A stretch of DNA of 56,204 bases from a virus (taxonomy: Duplodnaviria > Caudoviricetes): the IMG/VR virus record IMGVR_UViG_3300007960_000028, positions 1 to 56,204 of that record; one strand, given 5' to 3'. Shown here piece by piece: positions 11,901 through 20,000 of the stretch (position 1 is its first letter; every line of letters begins with the position of its first letter). The translations under genes and the position numbers were made by a program. The notes beneath the pieces were generated by a model. It worked only from the letters and a program-made list of their open reading frames with translations, had not been told where the DNA came from and made no database searches.

Positions 11901-13722
11901 TGATATAAAACCATATACATATACATTACCTGATGGAGATGTCAAATCAATAGCAATATCAAATGAAGATGATTATGTAGCTATAGCTAGTTCACAAGAA
12001 GATTATATAGCATTATATAATTCAATCGATGGCAATATAACTAGATTAAAATCACCTGATAGTCTGCCAACCGGACAAGCAACATCGATTGATTTTTCTA
12101 AGAACGATAAATATATAGCGATTGGTTATCAAACTAGCCCATATATAAACGTATATAAATTGAACAAATCAAATCACAATACAACTTTATTGAATATAAA
12201 TTATGCATATAACAATGAAATAAATACAGTTGCATTTGATGAAGGAAATAAATATTTAGCTATTGGTAATAATACAGCACCATATATTCATATATATGAG
12301 GTAAATAATATTATAGATCAATTCAATATTATACTAAACGAACCATCTACTTTACCAACGGGAATAGTAAATTCTATTGCATTTTCGGATAATAACAGTT
12401 ATATGGCAGTTGGTTATAATATACCTCCGTATTTATCAGTATATAGTGTAGATAGAAACACAAATTCATTTACAAAATTAGAAACTATAACTGAATTACC
12501 TATTGGTAATGCTATAGACGTGACATTTAGTTCTGGAAGTGAATATTTGTCTGTTACTCATGAAAACTCACCATTTGTAAGTCTTTATCAAGTTAATAGT
12601 ATAACAGATGAATTTACAAAAATAGAAGATCCAGATACTTTACCTATAAATCAAATAAAAAGTACTACATTTATATCTAATTATCTATATCTAAATAGTG
12701 ATGTTGCACCATATAATCATTTATATAAATTAAATGATTATGATAAACCAACTAATATAACAGATAGACTATCTATACCAAACGATCCATCTATAACAAG
12801 TGAAATATCTTCTGATGGTAATTATTTAGTAGTTGGAACAAATACTTCTCAAACATTAAAAGTATATAGTTTAGATTACTCGTATACCGACTTTAATAAT
12901 TTATTAATATATGAATTAAACGGTGATTTTATAAATCATCATAAAATATCATTTGATGTTGGGGATGATACATCTTTAGACTTCTTATTTGATACACCGG
13001 TATATAATAAAATACAAAATATAACACCATCATCTATTGGATATGTTTCATTTAATACAAGCGATTTAAATGATTTTATTAATAATAATATATCATATAC
13101 TTTAAATAAAGCATCCGATGGTAGTGTTAATTTTGAAAATTCAATAGGTAAAGTTGGTAATTCTTATGTTGGATCTATAGGTATGTTTTCAGTTGATATA
13201 ACTAAGTTTAAATCTGCTCAGTCCGTAAATTCTATGAATATCAAATTGGATATTACGCCTGAAAATACATCAACAACATCATCATACTATGCATCAACAG
13301 GAAATAATAAATATTATCTTTATGCTTACGTTGGTAACGTAGATTCTGATAATGTAAATACAGTTATATCTAATATACTATCTAATCCATCGTTATATAA
13401 AGTTGGTGAGATAGATTTAGACGATCAGTTTGTATATCAATCACAAGATTCAGTTGATTATAATGGAGTAAATTATTATGATAAATCTATATATATTGAT
13501 CTAGATAAATCAAAATTAACATATTCAAATAATGTAACTATATTTTCATTCCATCATTATATATTGGATAAAAATACATTTGCTGCTGAATTACCATTAG
13601 AATCTAATATAGATAGTTTATTTTCATTTACAATGACAGAATTTGATAGTATATCTATGGATTTATACTTGAATTTTGTTAGAGGAATATTACATCAATT
13701 GAATAAAAAAGATATAGTGTAG
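2986..13722 (+). CDS. Giant (3578 aa) multi-beta-propeller protein, putative virion fibre/receptor-binding protein
   Basis: Many ~44-aa WD40/YVTN-like blades (FSxDxxYlAv...sPYixiY...lPtg) and four copies of a scaffold domain shared with the two neighbouring paralogues; no signal peptide visible. Confidence 0.75.
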   Translation: MSLAIYNLLQQGYLKYSSDINTDFFNTTHDLELVYGENENMEVGFSIEKNNYVSKVGILTFNVQEIVPKLKSINSTEVTINIPLNSLVYKNKNLPNGVSNVLYIAKYTKNISKETLYTDLNGIISSIENSSINLDTYAVYNDEILCELNHLDGQINNNLSITINIEDLDVTKDLHLIVFNDFIKKSIDISDKELFGDMSSIYTEISVDDSQYIFNLTSSYSAYSNCNKLFAYGTDENPYLHVYSYDNDTYLTSSVTIDSKPTSPISKLQFTKDSSKLFVLTKQDPYYKIYTISNNTLNDGLSIGNELPTQEVADIAVTSNGSSIYLMSANIGTVIRRYTLSGNSYTLTSTRTLLDNDENIYRSMELNEDDSVIALASIDNGLIYNIDNGNISDVNTTYIDTNIQIFECFKFKWSTTKKYLVVNGIMAYYNTILNGNVHILKKDGDSYKYLTTITDASDMYDIKSIDFDLEDTCMVLGGNQLLNSDFRTEYSTEIRSFNIDNDVFTLQTDYFKDINSEFLDIFNGIGEVTSCDVSPNQIYISATSKTQPYLHIFSSSEKYIDSYNLLQSKITASISVDFVEDFKTTINTIYSSHSYVDYTSSNINDILDTNPSLAYSRYRVTKDDDVLRVGMYADMNSNLEQDYSNKVAQLHFDTRNLNLFGNLVSAKLSFHIDKNTIHKRPRGFLDNVSNKLIVTKLINNTSNYQAVSSSITSEIVSSASLDPYFYFTGNKTNYYDAIAISTESIESSYIDISNINQLGVTSFSLFIDSTYKSSNFSSSELNSNGNIVSYSLYKEYDTFNTDYNTIISSIVETDLNNEIIVSQETFPTFYTATSKVYYHDSASQNIINITNTLTSSIMPGSMSKMAVSQDGQWLIYDSGLMNQELTRSIYNENNTYHKNISRSNLTDRKVSDRTKLSNDNLYVLYEGFANHDSYVWNLSNLTQYNQTDGKVPGFSLYSINGNSLSYYTLPTYSAYYYNGNFSNDSSQLVVLNNLDVPILFDLENNTYDKLYIKSREYGMSQESSYITNGYFIDNSKNIIFGMSSKDNQMFKKNSASASNFTVDVPVSSSNFIHTSNISNHILVGDISGSEKHVKLYKHNYNNDTFELIPNPTEIISESISISYRNNILAFAHNSVDKIYIYSQSNDSFTKLNTPTSLPLGNMKDIQLSNDSKYMVVTTDTSPYMFVYKNTSNIYELKELDVTPTTEISSFGISSVLNIGNGDFDVFLPYIYSGSANTLYTYKLNSITDNVEFGYTASTGNRITNPHSINDSYYWKDIKWSNDNSYFYMITMEKTVDGDETRGVRYFEPSYYTNPYTKQSGYAIKELRDRVSYYATPSSYKTYDSYDVALNHYPNKINSAHKLPEYVVTRNSGLNMDVTIYNDEFNSYDDTTQYRYLSRTHRIYYNSASEITNTQSVEYKFSYDDRYIYGVSEVSPYFTIYNRNSKPYNPVYIYSENQLIRDYNSDPNPKLNFYKYYPTSSLASIDGYKFTNTNNDFVVYGMGISETSDPIEAFSVNTSSYHYEFTKIDNYIDTTQLQGKTVIKLSYTSDDNRLLALCNDKSNIFLYYYTSSETGYVYNQTINTIPIKSRGTYNLADANISSDGSYAVLCAYGNTNTIHTYQINDENVVTELDNICNTIDRVTSADISITGSFIPNTRYNDSFTNKTSGKGVLVLSDINGWLENKSVLLQRYSSSFTTESFSLIATSSYNLYQSNVFDYRFNPINNLLNEKFYSFSYDNKLLSVVSYKTDCEGNQSTTDVDIFEYIENENKWDIYESYKSDTSNILSLDYKPTSVSYTKFHPSMPLLICISYGINKGISVYKFKSYFDPQDNPTSDVPGIMELVYKGILPSDYNGILVSNIVFSNDGKYMILHSSVGKIYGYKITWENKRTPIITELDKGYTEDEIDLGSKYSAFYNRDILNGNQQVASFINDTEFVMPILQSGSFYDGDFDYNGTNIPLQASSVKNYIFYIDENDTIQLKYETVEPYFINDTLPSYYNNQYLSQNINNVSLVDIFNTSLNKDYIFHTALYQPNSDLPDIQDAYLVSGSRILYRHKAFENYHIIEFPKSNYISLDLEYQPVTEPTISINATSYGYIEYSSSNVNDIFDATSSIDYYIYSQSETIKSGLSYEGGVYTANVGYISFNTYTVANNVSPTKVRLVFDINEDSYSYKPKTFPNGVDNYLNLVFYNYPFAIEDIKGLISTINQAHRSSYITYIEENNLWIRPIVVNTKDLESDSSSNIDTQFSYPDTELNYTVGVTDNGKFYVDIEDDTLINKKGHTNILFYIDHLYKQQDFDNQVLTDRSLSYGLKYYNGSIINKTYIERPKHIKTGLNESVIVILSEDQSVYSFYRSYGGDIHTNVFQSFIPSINANSTYIHLSDSSRYLSVCDYLVSAKVFYRTDNSYKEIPIIYANIDRPVYCHISDDSNYLLIVQETYPNIILGIQSYSDRVVFNFKDDRVVENSITGVINPYKAVDMRNNVIVIGTNNGVLVYKNSSKGYSKDIMTFVTTNYNSASNISITKLSTNNYLAIVDENTNRLFVFYISGFTVTEIFDYTFNGAVTDILFLENNKYIAVSSVEDPYITFFEINGSDVSLKNIKFDIDINEPIYAMSFLKSANKLLLGAKDNNFELEVSTGYSINRFNGINDLPTGLGTAVDFSHNDKFMIVSHEQSPYITVYYVTDTEYIKISNGNFDILPSSTARCAAFSRDNNYLLVGTEAAPYLHIYQVNDNNENTTFTSVSLPSNPFTSFIINIDFSYNGNYVIFATSEQGILGYSYSNGTLGTAMTINIPVTGYVSETQFSPNDNFVGVAMDNSPYVRFYSHSNGILTKLSDPQTIPTAKARDIAFTEDGVNVFINFRQNQGIIAYKYNGTKFESDNILSETIGSGVGQEMILYNDRTLITVIEGSSPYIKTYVQTNNIYEPLYPNPFTDITGDAFGISKSNNGKFIAIAHDSAPYITVYKVISDSLLLKSFDIKPYTYTLPDGDVKSIAISNEDDYVAIASSQEDYIALYNSIDGNITRLKSPDSLPTGQATSIDFSKNDKYIAIGYQTSPYINVYKLNKSNHNTTLLNINYAYNNEINTVAFDEGNKYLAIGNNTAPYIHIYEVNNIIDQFNIILNEPSTLPTGIVNSIAFSDNNSYMAVGYNIPPYLSVYSVDRNTNSFTKLETITELPIGNAIDVTFSSGSEYLSVTHENSPFVSLYQVNSITDEFTKIEDPDTLPINQIKSTTFISNYLYLNSDVAPYNHLYKLNDYDKPTNITDRLSIPNDPSITSEISSDGNYLVVGTNTSQTLKVYSLDYSYTDFNNLLIYELNGDFINHHKISFDVGDDTSLDFLFDTPVYNKIQNITPSSIGYVSFNTSDLNDFINNNISYTLNKASDGSVNFENSIGKVGNSYVGSIGMFSVDITKFKSAQSVNSMNIKLDITPENTSTTSSYYASTGNNKYYLYAYVGNVDSDNVNTVISNILSNPSLYKVGEIDLDDQFVYQSQDSVDYNGVNYYDKSIYIDLDKSKLTYSNNVTIFSFHHYILDKNTFAAELPLESNIDSLFSFTMTEFDSISMDLYLNFVRGILHQLNKKDIV

Positions 13723-13746
13723 ATAATTACATCTACACTATATCTT
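13709..13746. terminator. Bidirectional intrinsic terminator between convergent giant genes
   Basis: Perfect 16-bp stem AAGATATAGTGTAGAT-aattac-ATCTACACTATATCTT with an A-run on the left and TTATT on the right. Confidence 0.8.
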
Positions 13747-13753
13747 ATTAAAT

Positions 13754-16700
13754 TCATCTAGATACACCCATTAATTCTACTAGATTTGCAACTGGATATT
13801 TAACATCTATTTCTAATTCTATATCTGGATTTAGTCTAAATGATGTTTTGTTTTGTGTTATCGATGGTGAACCGTAAATATGTACATATGGAAAGCTAAG
13901 ATTTCCAATTACTAAATAAGCATTATTATGTGAAATCGAAATAGATCTACTACCACTGGTTGGTAATGTATCTGGATTTGCTAATTTAGTAAAAGTATCA
14001 CCTGACTTTTTATATATTGTTAGATAAGGAGATATATTATGTCCTACAGTTAAATAAACGTCATCTGATGAAAATGATACTCCGTAACTGTCACCAATCG
14101 GTAAACTAGTTGGATTTGTTAATTTAGTAAAGGTATCTCCACTTCGCTTATATATAGTTATAAAAGGAGAACTAATATGTCCAACTGCTAAGTAATCTCC
14201 ATTAATTGAAAATGATACACTATAACCACTATTAGCAGGTAAACTAGTTGGATTTGTTAATTTAGTAAAGGTATCTCCCGATCTTTTATATATTGTAATA
14301 AACGGTGATGTATCATGTGCTATAGCCAAATAAGTATTATCCGATGAAAATGACACCCCACGCCCATTACCGGTTGGTAATGATGTTGGATCTGCTAATT
14401 TAGTAAAGGTATCTCCCGATCTTTTATATATTGTAATAAACGGTGATGTAAAATGAGCCGTTGCTAAATAAGTATTATCCGATGAAAATGTAACCGAATG
14501 AACCCTATTAACTGGTAATGATGTTGGATCTGCTAATTTAGTAAAGGTATCTCCGCTTCGCTTATATATAGTTATAAAAGGGGAACTAATATGTCCAAAT
14601 ACCAAATACACATCATCGGATGAAAATGTAACTGATTGAGCTTGATTTACAGGTAATGTATCTGGATTTGCTAATTTAGTAAAGGTATCTCCGGATCTTT
14701 TATATATAACTATATTTGGAGAATTACTATTAGCAATCGCTAAATAAGTATTATCTGATGAGAATGAAGATCCAAATACAAGTCCAGCTGGTAACGAGCT
14801 TGGATCTTCTAATTTAGTTAATCCTTGCTCAATATCATAACCTTCCACTTGATTAATAAAATCTTGTTTTTTAACAAATTGATCATTATAAACTAAAAAA
14901 TTATTAGTTTCTCCATAAGTTATATATTCATCAGGAACAATTATAGATGCAGTATAATAACCTATATTAGATGAACTAGCTACATTACTATCAGAAGATG
15001 TATTATAAGTATAGTATTTAGATAAATCAACTGTATTAACTAAATTTGATTGTGGTATTTGATAAGAAGAAGTAATTATATTATATGGATCATCCGATAA
15101 AACATCTCCGTTATATTTTACTATATATAATTTATTCTCAACTTCATCAGGTAAAACATTACTTCTTGATATTTGAGAATTTTGATTGAATTTGATGTTA
15201 ATAGATGCAGTATAAGTATAACTATTAGATTTATATACAGGAACATCAAAAGAAACAAATCCTACTTTACAAGTATATGTATTATCATCTAATTCAACAG
15301 ACGATATTAATTCACCGTAACTTCTACTATATTCTAATGAAGAAGATGCGTTATAAACCGACTCGGACAATGAAGATGAAAATGTTATAGTTCCTGTTGT
15401 TGATGGTTCTATTATTTTATTATATACGTGATTCGGTATAGATTGAGATATTACGGTATATTCTCCTATATCGGATGATGATAGGATTGTTTGGGTGTAG
15501 TTATCTTTTACTATATTAAATTTTTTAATTATATTCTTTGGATCACTAGATATATGTGCTGATGATAAGTAATTTTCATTAGATATATCCATACCATATA
15601 TAGTACCACCAAACACACCATCCATTTTACTATGATATTCAAAATTATCACCATTACGTTTATATATCAACACATCTTGTGTAGAGTTACTTCCATAAAA
15701 TAAATAATCACCGGTTGAATTAAAATGAATAGAATTATTATTTGATGATAATGGTTGTGTTGTTGGATTAGATATTAAACTAAAAGAGTCACCATTGCGT
15801 TTATATATAAGTAATAATGGTGATTGGCTTTGGGCTATAGCTAGATATGTATCGTCTGGTGAAAACTTTACCGATTTAACATATGATTGTGGTGCTGATG
15901 TTGGACTAGATAATAATGTAAGGGATGAGCCACTACGTTTATATATCATTAAATATGGGGAACCTAAACTACCCAAAGATAAGTATGTACCGTTATTAGA
16001 AAAGTTTAGGCATACACCTAAATTAGTAGGTAATTGACCTGGATTCGATGTTTTAGTGAACGTATCTCCACTCTTACTATACATACTTATATATGGTGTA
16101 TTTGCATGTGCCATAGCCACATAAGAATCATCATTTGTAAAATCAATTGATAAAACATTACCAGTAGGTAATTGGGTTGGATTTGATATTGATGAAAATA
16201 TATCACCGCTACGCTTGAATATTCTAATATATGGACTAATATTTACGGATCGTATTAAGTAATTAGTATTTGTTTTTGAAAAAGATATACCCCTTTCCGA
16301 ATCTTCTGATTGGAATTGAGTTGAAGGAGAAGATAATTTTGTAAATGTACCATCAAAGTTATTTTTATATATTTGTAATGCAAGATTAGAAGGATTACTG
16401 GAGTATTGGGTATTAAATGCTATATAAGCAGATCCAGATGATATAGACGTTCCAAGAGAATTAGGGGAACCCAAACTATCATTTACAATATCATCAACTA
16501 ATATTTGATTTTCCTTCTCATTAAAATCTTTCTTTTGATATAGGTGATCCACATAACCAATTAAATTAGTATATCCATATCTATTAACTACACTAGAACT
16601 AATATTGACAGTAAAACTACCACTATTAACTAATGTTCCAGATTGATAATTATCACTACCAGTAGTATAAGTATAATAATCAGTTAAATCTATCTCACCA

Positions 16701-17074
16701 ACAATCAATGATTGATGAGATGAACTTATAATACTATAAGCACTATCTGTATCTAAATTACCGCTGTAAGAAACTAATTTTATTTTATTTTCTACACCTT
16801 CTGGTAACGTTTTACTTCTAAAATTGATAGTTGAACCTGTTATAACATAGCTCAATATAGAATTAGTTAATACTTTTCTTTCACTTATACCTTTAGTATC
16901 TAATGATAGTAAACCTACATATGCTGTATAATTAGTTCCATCGTAAGTTAATGCTGTATTTACGATACTTTCTGTATTATAAGTTTTACTATAATTTATA
17001 GATTCTGTAACATCAAATATCGATTGTGATAATGATGATGAATATACTATATAACCTGATTTGTATAAATTCAT
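13754..17074 (-). CDS. Beta-propeller repeat protein (1106 aa), paralogue of 17092..21819
   Basis: Two scaffold domains, each with a propeller; the C-terminal propeller is 7 near-identical 44-aa repeats. Confidence 0.8.
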   Translation of the reverse strand: MNLYKSGYIVYSSSLSQSIFDVTESINYSKTYNTESIVNTALTYDGTNYTAYVGLLSLDTKGISERKVLTNSILSYVITGSTINFRSKTLPEGVENKIKLVSYSGNLDTDSAYSIISSSHQSLIVGEIDLTDYYTYTTGSDNYQSGTLVNSGSFTVNISSSVVNRYGYTNLIGYVDHLYQKKDFNEKENQILVDDIVNDSLGSPNSLGTSISSGSAYIAFNTQYSSNPSNLALQIYKNNFDGTFTKLSSPSTQFQSEDSERGISFSKTNTNYLIRSVNISPYIRIFKRSGDIFSSISNPTQLPTGNVLSIDFTNDDSYVAMAHANTPYISMYSKSGDTFTKTSNPGQLPTNLGVCLNFSNNGTYLSLGSLGSPYLMIYKRSGSSLTLLSSPTSAPQSYVKSVKFSPDDTYLAIAQSQSPLLLIYKRNGDSFSLISNPTTQPLSSNNNSIHFNSTGDYLFYGSNSTQDVLIYKRNGDNFEYHSKMDGVFGGTIYGMDISNENYLSSAHISSDPKNIIKKFNIVKDNYTQTILSSSDIGEYTVISQSIPNHVYNKIIEPSTTGTITFSSSLSESVYNASSSLEYSRSYGELISSVELDDNTYTCKVGFVSFDVPVYKSNSYTYTASINIKFNQNSQISRSNVLPDEVENKLYIVKYNGDVLSDDPYNIITSSYQIPQSNLVNTVDLSKYYTYNTSSDSNVASSSNIGYYTASIIVPDEYITYGETNNFLVYNDQFVKKQDFINQVEGYDIEQGLTKLEDPSSLPAGLVFGSSFSSDNTYLAIANSNSPNIVIYKRSGDTFTKLANPDTLPVNQAQSVTFSSDDVYLVFGHISSPFITIYKRSGDTFTKLADPTSLPVNRVHSVTFSSDNTYLATAHFTSPFITIYKRSGDTFTKLADPTSLPTGNGRGVSFSSDNTYLAIAHDTSPFITIYKRSGDTFTKLTNPTSLPANSGYSVSFSINGDYLAVGHISSPFITIYKRSGDTFTKLTNPTSLPIGDSYGVSFSSDDVYLTVGHNISPYLTIYKKSGDTFTKLANPDTLPTSGSRSISISHNNAYLVIGNLSFPYVHIYGSPSITQNKTSFRLNPDIELEIDVKYPVANLVELMGVSR
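13872..14820 (-). repeat. ~7 tandem 132-bp coding repeats (44-aa blades VxFSSDxxYLAxxHxxSPFITIYKRSGDTFTKLAxPxxLP)
   Basis: Directly visible, e.g. aatttagtaaaggtatctcc recurring every 132 nt. Confidence 0.9.
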
Positions 17075-17091
17075 TTTTATTTTTTTCCTTA

Positions 17092-20000
17092 TTATTCAGT
17101 TTCTTCTATAGTTGCTAATGGAACACCATTATATTCTTTAATATTTGCTATGTTTATACCTGATAAACCTCCTAATTTACCTATAGGGTAAGTAACATCT
17201 ATTTCTAATTCTATATCTGGATTTAGTCTGAATGATGTTTTGTTTGATGTTATCGATGCTGCTTGATACATTTTAAATACTTTTCTAGGATTTTTCCAAT
17301 TGTAATATGGAACTATATGATTATTTGAAAATCTATTAAAATAATGAGCATTTTCATTACTATCTATTGGGTAGTTATCTAATAAAACCAAAGAATCATT
17401 TTGTATTTTAAATAATAAGTAATCTCTAGAAGTAGATATACCAAATAAATAGTCACTGTAAAACATAGCATTTTGGGATGGACTGGAATTAAAAAATCCT
17501 CTATTAGAAAAAATATAATATTCTAATTGATTTATCTCTAATGGATTATATGATACGATTTTATTTAGATATATACCTGCGTTATCTTGGGTTATAAAAT
17601 ATTCACCTGATGGGTTTATTTTAAATATTCCAGAATTATACTGATATATAACGAAATCACCGGTATTGTTTATTTGAGTAAATGTTTTATTTTCATTTAT
17701 ACCACTACCGCTATAATATAGCATTTCATTTGTTCCATAATTAAATATAAATAAGTAATCTAAATTATTATATTGTGTTGTTGGTAATAATGCTGGATTA
17801 CCACTTAACGTTATATTTGATGTATCTACTGATTGGAACGTTTCGCTTTGAGTATTAAAGTATTGTATTTTTATATATGGAGAAATATTTGAAGTTTGTA
17901 TAACATAATTTCCAACTACAACATCGGATGAAGCTCCAATTACAATATTTTCAAATCTATCAGCTATAAATCCAGTTGGATCTGGCATAACACTCATTGA
18001 TGGAATATCATCATGATATTTAAATAATTTCATAGGAGGAGTTCCATCACTACTAACAAAAAAGTGATTATCTGATAATTTATACATACCAAATCCACCC
18101 ATTTGAATATCAAAACTAGTAAGATTACCACCTCCTTGTGTAGCCGAATAAGTGTCGCTTCCTGTATTTATATTATACATATACCAATATGATCCTTGTG
18201 TACATACAAAAGTATAATCTCGTATAAATCTAATTCTATTTAGTGGTGCTATAGGTAGTGTAGTTGGATCTGCTAATTTAGTAAAATTACCATCTGTATT
18301 TTTAAGAACTTGTATATGTGGATTGTTTTTTAAAAGAGTAACAAAATAATCCGATTTTGGTGACATAGCATATTCTTCTATATTCCACATATCTTGTAAC
18401 ATATTTTCACTACCACTATTTAATAATACAGGTGAATTTATATTATCTACATTATATATAGTAATCGATGTAGATGCACTAGGAGCCATAGTATTAGAAT
18501 TTGGTAATCCTTGAATACAATATAATTTATTATTTTTATATATAAATGAGTTTGTTGGTTTTATTATACCATCAAAATTGGTTGTTATTAAATTATAAAC
18601 TCTTGAAGTTGTATTTCCAGTTGATACATATGCATCATATCTAGGAGAAGATCCACCAGTTGATATGTATTTTGTTCCATCACCAATAATAGTAGAATGA
18701 TTATACAAATTATTAGGAGTTTGATTTGCGGCTATTGAATTTGGTGCTGCTAATTTATAATAAATATTATTAGTAGGTGTATAATATGAAACTAAATATT
18801 TATCTACTGTAGAATTTTGACTTTTACATATCATATATAAATTATCTGGAGTGTATTTTACGGCACGTGCGGTTTCAGTTGGTTGTGTGTTAGGTACATT
18901 CAATTTAGTATATATTCTATTAACACCTTCACCACTACCACTATAGATATATAAATATGGTGAGTTGGTTTGTGCCATAACAAAATGAGAACCATTTGGT
19001 TTAACATCTATATCATAAATAGTAGAATTAGGTAATGTAGTTGGATTATTTAATTTAGTAAAAGTATTTGTAGTATAATCCATATGATACATAGCAAAAT
19101 TATTAGAATTCCAACTATAAGGAGAACAAAATACATATTCATCATCATTATAACTACATATATGATATACTCCCATATTAGACGGATTATACGTCATTCC
19201 ACTAGATACATTTGTATATATTCTATTAACTCCTTCACCACTACCAGAGAATATATATGTTCCAAATGACGTAGATCCCATTATAAAATGACTACCGCTA
19301 TTTAGAAATTTTACATTTGTAGAAATATAATTTACAGATATGGATCCGGATCCAAGATAAAATTGAACATTTTCCGTTATATCCGTATATGTACCATCAT
19401 CATTTTTATATAATAATTGACCCCAAGCATAATCGTCGGGATCTTCGTTTCCAAATGTATATATATAGTATCTTTCATCAGGAGTTATGTCGAATGCATT
19501 CGGTGTAGAATTTGGTTGCATATTATTTTGAGTTTCATATGTAAATTCATAATCCTGAACACCAGCATCAAAACTAAATCCACTAACTTGATTAATAAAA
19601 TCTTGTTTTTTAACAAATTGATCGTTATAAACTAAGAAATTATTAGTTTCTCCATAAGTTAAATATTCATCCGGAATAATTATAGAAGTAGTATAATAAC
19701 CTATATTAGATGAACTAGCAACGTTTGCATCCGATGATGTTGTAAATGTATAGTATCTAGATAAATCAACTGTATTAACTAAATTTGATTGTGGTATTTG
19801 ATAAGAAGAAGTTATTATATTATATGGATTATCATTTATAATATCACCATTATATTTTAATATATATAATTTATCTTCTACGCTACTTGGTAACACATTA
19901 CTTCTTGATATTTGTGCATTTTGATTGAATTTAATATTAATAGATGCAGTAAATGTTGTATTTGCTGTTTTATATTGAGGAACGTCAAAAGAAACAAAAC

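Noticed and set aside
6411-19635. Short antisense ORFs within the giant genes (6411, 9719, 11727, 15795, 19084, 19417)
   Set aside because: Entirely nested opposite long, well-supported genes with no motifs; shadow ORFs.
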